Virus record (IMG/VR): IMGVR_UViG_3300037586_002003
Coordinates: 1 to 34,161 of that record
From: a virus
Taxonomy: Duplodnaviria > Caudoviricetes
Direction: 5' to 3' (one strand)
Length of the DNA: 34,161 bases
Positions within the stretch are counted from its first letter, which is position 1; every line of letters starts with the position of its first letter. A program made the translations under genes and the position numbers. Shown one piece after another: positions 26,464-34,161 of the stretch. The notes beneath the pieces were generated by a model, which did not search any database, was not told the DNA's origin, and worked only from the letters and a program-made list of their open reading frames with translations.

Positions 26464-27093
26464 TTAAAATCCTCCTCCATCTTGGTCATAGACTGTGAGA
26501 GTCCCATTCGCATTAGACTCACTCGTAACATGAACATTGCCAGCAGCACTCCCACCAGAAGTATTACAATAAAACCTTTCCCAACAATTGTTTGCCTCTA
26601 CCACTTGCATCATTTCCATAAAATCTGTACCAGCAGGGCTTCCGGGTGTTACTGAGAAAGATTGTGAAGTAGCAGTCCCATTACCATTACTCCAAGAGAT
26701 ACTGTCATTTCCAGAAAGACTCGCACTAGCAGTGGAAGTTCCACTGTTATTTAACTGCCACTTAGAACCTAAATTACTACTATTTTGATTTAAACACCTT
26801 GAAGCAAAGTATGTCCCACCCCCTGACCAAGTAAGCGTACCAGTAAGAGTACTGGTTGAGCTATGAGGTAATACAAAAAAAGCATCATTTACTCTACCGG
26901 GGCCAGCTATTGTTAATGTTCTTGTCCCGGGCCAGAATGAAACTGTCATTTTAACATTAGTAGCACTACTGCTATTAGCACAGTTAGCTCTTAATTTAGT
27001 TTCAGAAGTGCTGCCAGAAGCATCATATCCGCTACCATCAGTTATCTTTCTTAGGTCGCTAAGTTTACAATCACTGACAACTGCAAACGCCAT
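26464..27093 (-). CDS. Ser/Thr/Gly-rich tail fibre-associated (adhesin-like) protein
   Basis: Beta-rich composition; directly follows and overlaps the S74-containing fibre gene. Confidence 0.55.
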   Translation of the reverse strand: MAFAVVSDCKLSDLRKITDGSGYDASGSTSETKLRANCANSSSATNVKMTVSFWPGTRTLTIAGPGRVNDAFFVLPHSSTSTLTGTLTWSGGGTYFASRCLNQNSSNLGSKWQLNNSGTSTASASLSGNDSISWSNGNGTATSQSFSVTPGSPAGTDFMEMMQVVEANNCWERFYCNTSGGSAAGNVHVTSESNANGTLTVYDQDGGGF

Positions 27094-29410
27094 TACTCAC
27101 CTCATTTTTTAATTCTTTTATAGCTTCGATAAGCAATGGAATTATACCATCATATCTTACTGCCTTTATACCATTATCTCTTGTAGTAACAAGTTCTGGC
27201 ATTACAGATTCTATTTCATTAGCCATTATACCATAATCATGACCCTTCAAATGGCTTGCTGCTTTACTGTTCCAATCAAAAGAATATCCACCAATTTTAG
27301 ATATCATATCTAATGGGCTTTCTATTAACTTTCTATTATCTTTTAAAGAAACATCAGAAGAAGTGTACGCCCAAACATCTGCCCTAGCCTTTAAATTCAA
27401 ACAATCGACATCTCCATTTTCATAAATATTTATACGTCCACCACTAACATTATGATTCATCGTAACCGATATATTATCATAACTTCCTGAAGTTGGCCCC
27501 CCATCTGGAGATAAGTGTAGTGTGGATATTGCTCCATTATTACGAGCAATAAGCTCATTATTGTCGATTGCAAAATTATAACTATTAGTTGGCCCAATTT
27601 GAAGACCGTGACCTGTGGAAGTAGCACTAACATCAGTATCACTAGACAACCTTATCACCTCACAAGTCACTGTACCTGTAAAAGTAGGACTAGATAGGTT
27701 TGCTTTTAAGGCTAATGATGTATCGACTTCCGTTTCTGTATAATAGGTTGAATCATGGTTATGACTCGATGCAGCATAACTCGTATTAGCTCCGCAATCA
27801 GAAGGTAATCGAGCATCGGCTACAGTGCCAGATGTTATTTCAGTAGCACCGTGGTTGTGACTAGGCAGAGCGAATGATGGAGTTACGGTTGTAACATTAC
27901 TTCCGGGTCTTCCTAATGCCCAAGTAATTCCCCCATTGTCTATAAATCTTATGTCTGCTGAGTCCCAAGTAAAATAGCCCCCGACAGGATTAACCTCTGA
28001 AGCACTTATTGTAGCGTTAGACAAACTAGCAGCTATTGTAATATAACCATCTCCATCTACTCCATCATCCGTAGATGAAATAGTAATATTTGAACCCTGT
28101 TTAAAACCTCTAAGTTTCCCAGCAGTACCAGTATTAACAGTTACTAAAGTTGCCTGTTGACCACTAGAACTAGAATTTGTTAGAGCATAACTAGTAGTAT
28201 TATTAGCAGCTATAGTCATATCAGCACCACTAGGGGTCAAATATATATTAGAGCCAGCCACTAGTTTTATGTCTTGTGTCCCAGAACTTGCACCACTTTT
28301 TGTTAATCTTAAAAGAACATCATCTGAATCATCAACCCATGAACTTGCAAATATATTTTGAGTATTAGTATCGGTGTTAGTATCTACTGGGACTTGCCAA
28401 CTGCCATCCTTACGCAAAAAGGAATTGGCATGAGTGTTACTCCCTGCTAATACAAGACCAGCAGCATAAGAGTTTCCTGAACCCATAGCTGTATAGGTTG
28501 TATTAGTATCAGTAAGGGCACCAACAATATTTGGAGTTACAATAGTATCATTACCTGAATCTGTTACTTCAAAGAATATTCCTGTACTACTACCAGTATC
28601 ATAGTCATCATTAAATTTTAAAGAAGTATTCCCAGTTACAGCAGAACCATATCCATCACTGACTACATCATATCCCGTTACACTTGTTATGCCAGTTGGT
28701 GAGGCTACATTAAATTTTAGGTATGCCCCACTCTCTAGGCTCTCCTCTAATGTAATTGTCATATTACTATTTGCACTTCTTACCCCACGAATAGTAGTAA
28801 CACTGCTTGTACCAGTTTGTTTTAACCCAAATACTGTAGGATTAAGACTACTCCCTGTATAAGAATCATTAACAGCGTACGAAGGAAGAAAATTAGCAGC
28901 AAAATTTATCCATGTATTAGTACCAGTATCATATTTCAACATGTTACCATTAGCAACACTAGTAATAGTAGTATCATTTAACTCGGATAAAGTATCTTCA
29001 GTTTCTAATAAATTATCAACATAACCCTTAGTAGCTAAATCAGCATTATTAGATGGACTAACCCCAGCTTGAGTAGCTGTAAACGGGACAGAACCATCTG
29101 GTTTAATAAATCCTGCAATAGCAGAATATGATATTACTTCGTCCTGTGTTGTTTCATCCTTATCTGTAAAAATCATTTGACGCTTAGCCCAACCGTCTTT
29201 AAACTTTCCTTCTATAAAATATTTACTATCATCAGTATCTTTATATAATCTAATATCCCCATCATTTCCAGAAGTACCTTTTGTTCTTGATTCGCCAGAA
29301 GATTTGTTATTAACAGCATTAACAATATCATTTATATCATCGTATACTTGAGTCCACGCCCTATCATTTGATGTTACAGCTGGTGCTCTTTTTACTTTTA
29401 AATCAGACAT
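27071..29410 (-). CDS. Tail fibre with C-terminal peptidase S74 intramolecular chaperone
   Basis: SD-x2-LKDN...YSFDWN...GIMANEIE-x-VMPELV...VRY-x2-IIPLLIEAIKEL; FLRKDGSW, DTNTDTNT, GSNI and HNH fibre repeats. Confidence 0.88.
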   Translation of the reverse strand: MSDLKVKRAPAVTSNDRAWTQVYDDINDIVNAVNNKSSGESRTKGTSGNDGDIRLYKDTDDSKYFIEGKFKDGWAKRQMIFTDKDETTQDEVISYSAIAGFIKPDGSVPFTATQAGVSPSNNADLATKGYVDNLLETEDTLSELNDTTITSVANGNMLKYDTGTNTWINFAANFLPSYAVNDSYTGSSLNPTVFGLKQTGTSSVTTIRGVRSANSNMTITLEESLESGAYLKFNVASPTGITSVTGYDVVSDGYGSAVTGNTSLKFNDDYDTGSSTGIFFEVTDSGNDTIVTPNIVGALTDTNTTYTAMGSGNSYAAGLVLAGSNTHANSFLRKDGSWQVPVDTNTDTNTQNIFASSWVDDSDDVLLRLTKSGASSGTQDIKLVAGSNIYLTPSGADMTIAANNTTSYALTNSSSSGQQATLVTVNTGTAGKLRGFKQGSNITISSTDDGVDGDGYITIAASLSNATISASEVNPVGGYFTWDSADIRFIDNGGITWALGRPGSNVTTVTPSFALPSHNHGATEITSGTVADARLPSDCGANTSYAASSHNHDSTYYTETEVDTSLALKANLSSPTFTGTVTCEVIRLSSDTDVSATSTGHGLQIGPTNSYNFAIDNNELIARNNGAISTLHLSPDGGPTSGSYDNISVTMNHNVSGGRINIYENGDVDCLNLKARADVWAYTSSDVSLKDNRKLIESPLDMISKIGGYSFDWNSKAASHLKGHDYGIMANEIESVMPELVTTRDNGIKAVRYDGIIPLLIEAIKELKNEVSNGVCSCQ

Positions 29411-32400
29411 TATCTAGGACTTCTCTTAGTCTTAAACAACACTCCAACTGCACCACACTCATCTCCAGCAGCATTAGAATCCAATCTTACCTTCAGATTA
29501 GTAGTTTTTCTGTCTGCAGACTCAATATCCATACGATAAGTACCCCTTACTTTAGCAGCACCGAGCTGATCCCCAGCTGCAGGTTTAGCACTATTTACAG
29601 TATAATTTGCCTTTATTCGAGTAGGCACTAATATTGACCTCACATTCTTTTCTTGGGTGTCATTCCCCATAGTTAAATCTTTTGATACCCATTCCCATTG
29701 TCTTTTTGTACTTGCATGACCAAGAAAATTCACCACTCCAGAACCAGTACTAACATTAATACTAGAATCATTCAAAGTATAGAATCCTTTTGGCTGAGTT
29801 GTAGTTTCTGTGTCAGCAAAGGACAGCATATCCCATCTTTTTCTAGGAATATTCCAAGCCCAAGCATAGTAATTATTTGCAACTGATGTACCAGCAGCAC
29901 CCCTAAATGTAAAATATACACTTCTTCTAGAAGCATCATACATAGCCCTTGTATGATAAGTCTTATCTCTATTCTGCCAAGAATATAAACTATCTCCCCT
30001 TACAATAGGTTCTCCTATAGGCTCTGCTGACTTACCATTATGTTGGTATATATTTTGATTATCAGCAAAGAATAGACCAAAATCAGTAGCTACTATAGCA
30101 TCGTCATTTAAACATCCAACTCCCTCAAATATATCTTCTATATAAAGACCCGGAGAACCAACTATCTTATATGTATTAGTATCATCAAATGCAAATATAC
30201 GCCCATTGAATCCTATTAAAGCAGTAGGAACAGTAGGTAGCTTAACAAAATCCACTACCCAATCAAATACATCAAACTTACCTACCTTAGAGGCAAAAAC
30301 ATAAGAAGTAGCATCTTCTATATAACCGGGATGATAACAATTACCAATATAATGCTGATTATTTAACTGTGCCGATACACCATATTTAGGCAAAGTAGCT
30401 TCAATCGACTCTGGTAATCCAGATGCTGCCTCATATGACGCTCCCTTTATTCCCTTATCTGAAATATCCTTATAAAAAGTAACACCAGATTCAGTCCATC
30501 CAGAGGCTAAAGAAATAGTATCTACAAGTCTAAATAATGATACAGGGGTAGTTGCAGAAGAAGATGTAGCTTCTGCTCTATAAATTTTAATACTAGAGGC
30601 TCTACTTGGAATCTGATCTTTATCATTTATAACAATCCTGCTAAGCCTGTTAGCTGTTGCTAAGGAATTGCCAGAATCAGCCTGATCAAATGCAAAACTC
30701 TCCGTACAAAGAGGTGTCTCTTGATAGCCATCAAATAACATAGAAAATTTATACCAATAACCATAACCAGCCTGTAAATCCCCATTATTACTACCATCGC
30801 CCTGTGAATTTGTTAGACTAATCACACTATGATCTTTTAACAAGGTCTGAGTAGCTCCAGCTGCAAAATCATTTGCAATTGTATCTATACCAGCAGTACC
30901 ACTTGCCCTTAATAAGGCAAGAACAGAAGTATTACCAGAATAAGTTCCACTTCCATCAGCGTCTGGTTGATACCCAAGCATAACTTTAACATCAGTTCTA
31001 GGGTCTTGACCAGAAGGAGTAACGCTATAAGTAGTCTCATAAACTCCACCTAATGTATAAATATTATAATTTCCTGATGTCTCTGGAGTTGTCCACGATG
31101 TAGTTACTGCACTTGCCAATCTCTGTATCTTATCATCAGCAGAAATAAATAACCTATCAGTTTGCGGCTCCATCATAGCACTATTAATATCACAAGTTGA
31201 GAAAACAGAATTTCTATTATCTGCATTATTAGGATGATAGACATGATGTAAAGGAACAAAATCAGTAACATCAGTATGATCATTCTTTATCCTATGAAGA
31301 CATAGGGTTCTTTTTTCTGTTACACTATTAACCCTATCTAATACATTACTCCCACTAATATCAGCTGTAGTCCTATTTAACCATAATGGAGTAAAAGTAG
31401 TTATATCATCAGATACACTACTATAGTTTGGATATCTTGCTAACCAATAGATAGCAGCATCATCAGAGTCATGTTTAACAAGACTTCTCTTAAAAGTCTC
31501 TGCAATATATACTTGATTGTCAGACATAACAGAAAAGTCTGCAGCAGTTATTGTCCCATCCATATCAAGTACCGTTACCCAAGAACCCGGAGTTGTAACA
31601 TTAGCATAACCAGTTAACTTAGGCATCTTAGGGTCTAGAGTTACAGTAGCACTTGAACCAGCAGTAAAATTCCATAACAATTTAGCAGTTGAAGATTGTG
31701 TTACTGGGGTACCCCCGTCATAAGAAGCAGCTACCCATAGTTTAGTATTAGTTGAAGTATATTCTATATCTGTATAATTACTACCAGTTGGGCCAGCATA
31801 AGTACTTGGGAGAGTATAAGTAACATCCTTCTGAGATAAGTCATCAGTCCCTACTTTAAAAATCTTACCAGTCCCAATCCTGTCTAACACAAATATATCA
31901 GTACCATCAGTACAAATAGATTGGAGATTGGAAAAAGTACCAGCATCTGATTTTGCTACAAATGCTCCTGTAGTTCCATTTATCTTCCATATTCTAGTAC
32001 CACCTAATTTTATACCATACATATAAAAATCATTACCAGATCGTACAGTTTTATAAAGATGTGGTACAGAGGAAGGATACTTCACCTCAGCTTCTTCAGC
32101 TATCAATATCCCGCTTCCCCTACCTAGAGACTTATGATTAGTATACCCTACCCACATGGGTAAGTTCGCATTACCAAAACCTATGTGGACTTCTTTATTA
32201 TGCGTCTCCATCGCAACATCTTTCAATGGAGTAGTAGTTAAACCTATACCATCATTATCAGCAAAAGTTGGATAATCATCATGATCTAAACGTGTTGTAG
32301 TATCAGCAGCATGTACATTTTTTATTAAATGTAACTTGTTATTATTGTCTTCCCAATATACTACGTCTTCCTCTACTATTCCAGTAGATTTAGATACTTT

Positions 32401-32631
32401 TTTTAGGACTACAGATTTATCTATATCTGGAGCAGCTGCAGGGCTGACAGTCCCATCGCCCTTAGCTATAGTAACAGAAGTATTAATTGGAGCACCCTGT
32501 AATGCACCATCCTTGTTAACACAGTCCAGATTAAGCGAATGACTAGCAGACTGCTCAGGGGTATCAGTAGCATCAGGAGTAGTTACTGTCCCGTTCATAA
32601 ACTTGTTTATTTCAAGCAGTTGTTTTGCCAT
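29410..32631 (-). CDS. Large tail structural protein (nozzle/stabilisation-like, beta-propeller-rich)
   Basis: 1073 aa, beta-rich; GVGC...GLFFAD...IY and W-x-WVSK-x-L C-terminal motifs reminiscent of podovirus tail stabilisation proteins. Confidence 0.6.
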   Translation of the reverse strand: MAKQLLEINKFMNGTVTTPDATDTPEQSASHSLNLDCVNKDGALQGAPINTSVTIAKGDGTVSPAAAPDIDKSVVLKKVSKSTGIVEEDVVYWEDNNNKLHLIKNVHAADTTTRLDHDDYPTFADNDGIGLTTTPLKDVAMETHNKEVHIGFGNANLPMWVGYTNHKSLGRGSGILIAEEAEVKYPSSVPHLYKTVRSGNDFYMYGIKLGGTRIWKINGTTGAFVAKSDAGTFSNLQSICTDGTDIFVLDRIGTGKIFKVGTDDLSQKDVTYTLPSTYAGPTGSNYTDIEYTSTNTKLWVAASYDGGTPVTQSSTAKLLWNFTAGSSATVTLDPKMPKLTGYANVTTPGSWVTVLDMDGTITAADFSVMSDNQVYIAETFKRSLVKHDSDDAAIYWLARYPNYSSVSDDITTFTPLWLNRTTADISGSNVLDRVNSVTEKRTLCLHRIKNDHTDVTDFVPLHHVYHPNNADNRNSVFSTCDINSAMMEPQTDRLFISADDKIQRLASAVTTSWTTPETSGNYNIYTLGGVYETTYSVTPSGQDPRTDVKVMLGYQPDADGSGTYSGNTSVLALLRASGTAGIDTIANDFAAGATQTLLKDHSVISLTNSQGDGSNNGDLQAGYGYWYKFSMLFDGYQETPLCTESFAFDQADSGNSLATANRLSRIVINDKDQIPSRASSIKIYRAEATSSSATTPVSLFRLVDTISLASGWTESGVTFYKDISDKGIKGASYEAASGLPESIEATLPKYGVSAQLNNQHYIGNCYHPGYIEDATSYVFASKVGKFDVFDWVVDFVKLPTVPTALIGFNGRIFAFDDTNTYKIVGSPGLYIEDIFEGVGCLNDDAIVATDFGLFFADNQNIYQHNGKSAEPIGEPIVRGDSLYSWQNRDKTYHTRAMYDASRRSVYFTFRGAAGTSVANNYYAWAWNIPRKRWDMLSFADTETTTQPKGFYTLNDSSINVSTGSGVVNFLGHASTKRQWEWVSKDLTMGNDTQEKNVRSILVPTRIKANYTVNSAKPAAGDQLGAAKVRGTYRMDIESADRKTTNLKVRLDSNAAGDECGAVGVLFKTKRSPR

Positions 32632-32633
32632 AT

Positions 32634-33422
32634 TTAACCTTCTATAAGCTTACCCCACAGTGAAGTTCTACCTTCTATAATGTTTATTACATGAACTGTA
32701 AATAAACCACCACTGAAGTAATCTACCACTGCAAAGGCATGAGCCCAATTATGTTGTCTATTACCAAGCCATGCATTCTTCTCAGATGTCATATCTTTTA
32801 AACATCCTATAGACCAAGCAGACTTTACTCCATCTAAGTGAGTAACACTACTTTGCTGTAAGTCATGATGATGTCCGTACATCAAATTGGCACCTAATCT
32901 TAGCAAGTGATTCCTCGTATGAGTCATCCCTGCAAAGTGATGTCCATGGTAGTAATTCATTCTACCTATCTTTAGATATTTACCAGCAGGATAACATTTA
33001 TATCCTCTTTCGTCAAGCTTAATAGCCTTCTTGAAAGTATAATCAGTTAAATATGGATTCTCCATAACAAACCGATCAAGCCATTCATCATGGTTGCCTT
33101 GAGTAAGATATTTCTCCTTACAACCAACCTTGTCTAATGCCTCGTCTACCATATCCATCCCAGCATTGACATCTTTAATATCCTTATCCACATACGGAAT
33201 TTGGTACTCTAAAGGTGGACGTTTTTTCTTTTTCCACTGCCAGTGACTTACAGACTGAAACTCACCGACATCTCCCAAATCCAAGTAGAAATCAGGTTTT
33301 ATTATCTTTATTGCCTTCAAGAGGCAATTCATAGCACGAACATCGTGCAAAGGAAAATGCTTATCAGGGGTTATAATACCCCTTTTAGTCACTCCTTTAT
33401 CTAATTTGGTAATCCCTCGCAT
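32634..33422 (-). CDS. Calcineurin-like metallophosphoesterase
   Basis: D-x-H (PDKH), LGD, GNHD, HGH and GHHH motifs. Confidence 0.9.
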   Translation of the reverse strand: MRGITKLDKGVTKRGIITPDKHFPLHDVRAMNCLLKAIKIIKPDFYLDLGDVGEFQSVSHWQWKKKKRPPLEYQIPYVDKDIKDVNAGMDMVDEALDKVGCKEKYLTQGNHDEWLDRFVMENPYLTDYTFKKAIKLDERGYKCYPAGKYLKIGRMNYYHGHHFAGMTHTRNHLLRLGANLMYGHHHDLQQSSVTHLDGVKSAWSIGCLKDMTSEKNAWLGNRQHNWAHAFAVVDYFSGGLFTVHVINIIEGRTSLWGKLIEG

Positions 33423-33682
33423 ACTGTATCCATCTCCTCTAAATCAAAGTGTAATTCCTTTAACTTGCTAAGATGCTTGTCAGTAATTCTCTTACTGAAC
33501 CTTAGCAACTGAACGCCACAAGTTTCACATTCCCAAAATAAGGCACCATCATAGGCACCTAATACCTCAACATCCTTCATTGTCGCATTATGACAATGTG
33601 GACATATCTCAGGCTTATCTGGGAAGAATTTTGTACCATATACTTGGTCAAAATCAGAAACGGTTATGGTTATTGTTGCGAT
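33401..33682 (-). CDS. Zinc-ribbon protein, 93 aa, apparent non-canonical ATC start
   Basis: Manual translation: CPHC...WECETC; fills the gap between two genes; GGAG 9 nt upstream of ATC-GCA; missed by the ORF track. Confidence 0.7.
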   Translation of the reverse strand: MATITITVSDFDQVYGTKFFPDKPEICPHCHNATMKDVEVLGAYDGALFWECETCGVQLLRFSKRITDKHLSKLKELHFDLEEMDTVCEGLPN

Positions 33683-33683
33683 A

Positions 33684-33866
33684 CTACTTTGCTCCTAGAA
33701 CCTTTTTCATTACATCCTCTACTACATCATATATAGCAGTAAGAATCTTTTCCTCAGTTCTCTCATTGATTATTGGAATGTCAATCTTTTCATTCAAACC
33801 GTCAATGATTGCCTTTTTTGTATCGTCATTAAACAAATGATCAGATACTATATCTACTAAGCTCAT
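33684..33866 (-). CDS. Small hypothetical protein, 60 aa
   Basis: AGGAG Shine-Dalgarno; amphipathic helices; operon spacing. Confidence 0.75.
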   Translation of the reverse strand: MSLVDIVSDHLFNDDTKKAIIDGLNEKIDIPIINERTEEKILTAIYDVVEDVMKKVLGAK

Positions 33867-33877
33867 ATTAACTCCTA

Positions 33878-34060
33878 TTAAATTTGACTAAACAAATATC
33901 CAAATCCAGACATTAGGATAGTTCCTACCACTATTACGGCTCCCTGCAATCGATAAAAGTCTTTTGCTGGAACCATATTGGCCCTGATATGTTTGACATC
34001 AGTTTTGATCTCTTTTATATCGAGCTGGTTCTGTCTAGATACGCTGGTTGTATTAGCCAT
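33878..34060 (-). CDS. Small coiled-coil protein with C-terminal transmembrane helix (holin/XhlA-like candidate)
   Basis: DIKEIKTDVKHI heptads then GAVIVVGTILMSGFGYLF. Confidence 0.55.
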   Translation of the reverse strand: MANTTSVSRQNQLDIKEIKTDVKHIRANMVPAKDFYRLQGAVIVVGTILMSGFGYLFSQI

Positions 34061-34161
34061 TATTTTTTACTTTTCTTTTCTTCGCTATCCTTAGCTTTGG
34101 ATTCTTCTTCCTTAGCTTTATCAAGCAATTGTTGCGTTATTGCAACGGCTCCAGTTACTTG
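34060..34161 (-). CDS. 3' end of a hypothetical protein (...QVTGAVAITQQLLDKAKEEESKAKDSEEKKSKK)
   Basis: Frame open from the window edge to TAA overlapping the next ATG (TAATG). Confidence 0.6.
   Translation of the reverse strand, partial: QVTGAVAITQQLLDKAKEEESKAKDSEEKKSKK

Noticed and set aside
16979-33840. Short + strand ORFs inside the - arm (for example 16979..17254, 21942..22244, 29368..29631, 33580..33840)
   Set aside because: Antisense shadows; 33580..33840 conflicts with the zinc-ribbon and 60-aa genes.

Overview
AT-rich fragment of a tailed dsDNA phage genome, probably podovirus-like, with two opposed transcription blocks. The + strand block (about 695-14004) is the early/replication arm. 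It holds a hairpin- and structured-RNA-rich leader with small ORFs, then a complete ubiquitin-like conjugation cassette (Ubl, E2-domain protein, JAB/MPN protease, E1/ThiF), then a Sak4-like ATPase, putative SSB, AEP primase-SF4 helicase, Gp157-like protein, HNH and PD-(D/E)xK nucleases. The - strand block (14106-34161 and 1-296) is the late/virion arm. It holds a 2903-aa protein with a two-barrel RNA polymerase DLDGD motif (virion RNAP of the phi14:2 gp66 / eukaryotic RNAi RdRP type), Gly/Gln-rich ejection-type proteins, a tail fibre with S74 chaperone, a tail nozzle-like protein and a metallophosphoesterase. No terminase, portal, capsid or DNA polymerase gene was recognised in the window. The top finding is the phage-encoded Ubl-E2-JAB-E1 system coupled to the replication operon. 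Next are the vRNAP in a phage that uses Shine-Dalgarno sites and a cluster of candidate ncRNAs. All calls come from motif reading by eye; no database searches were run.
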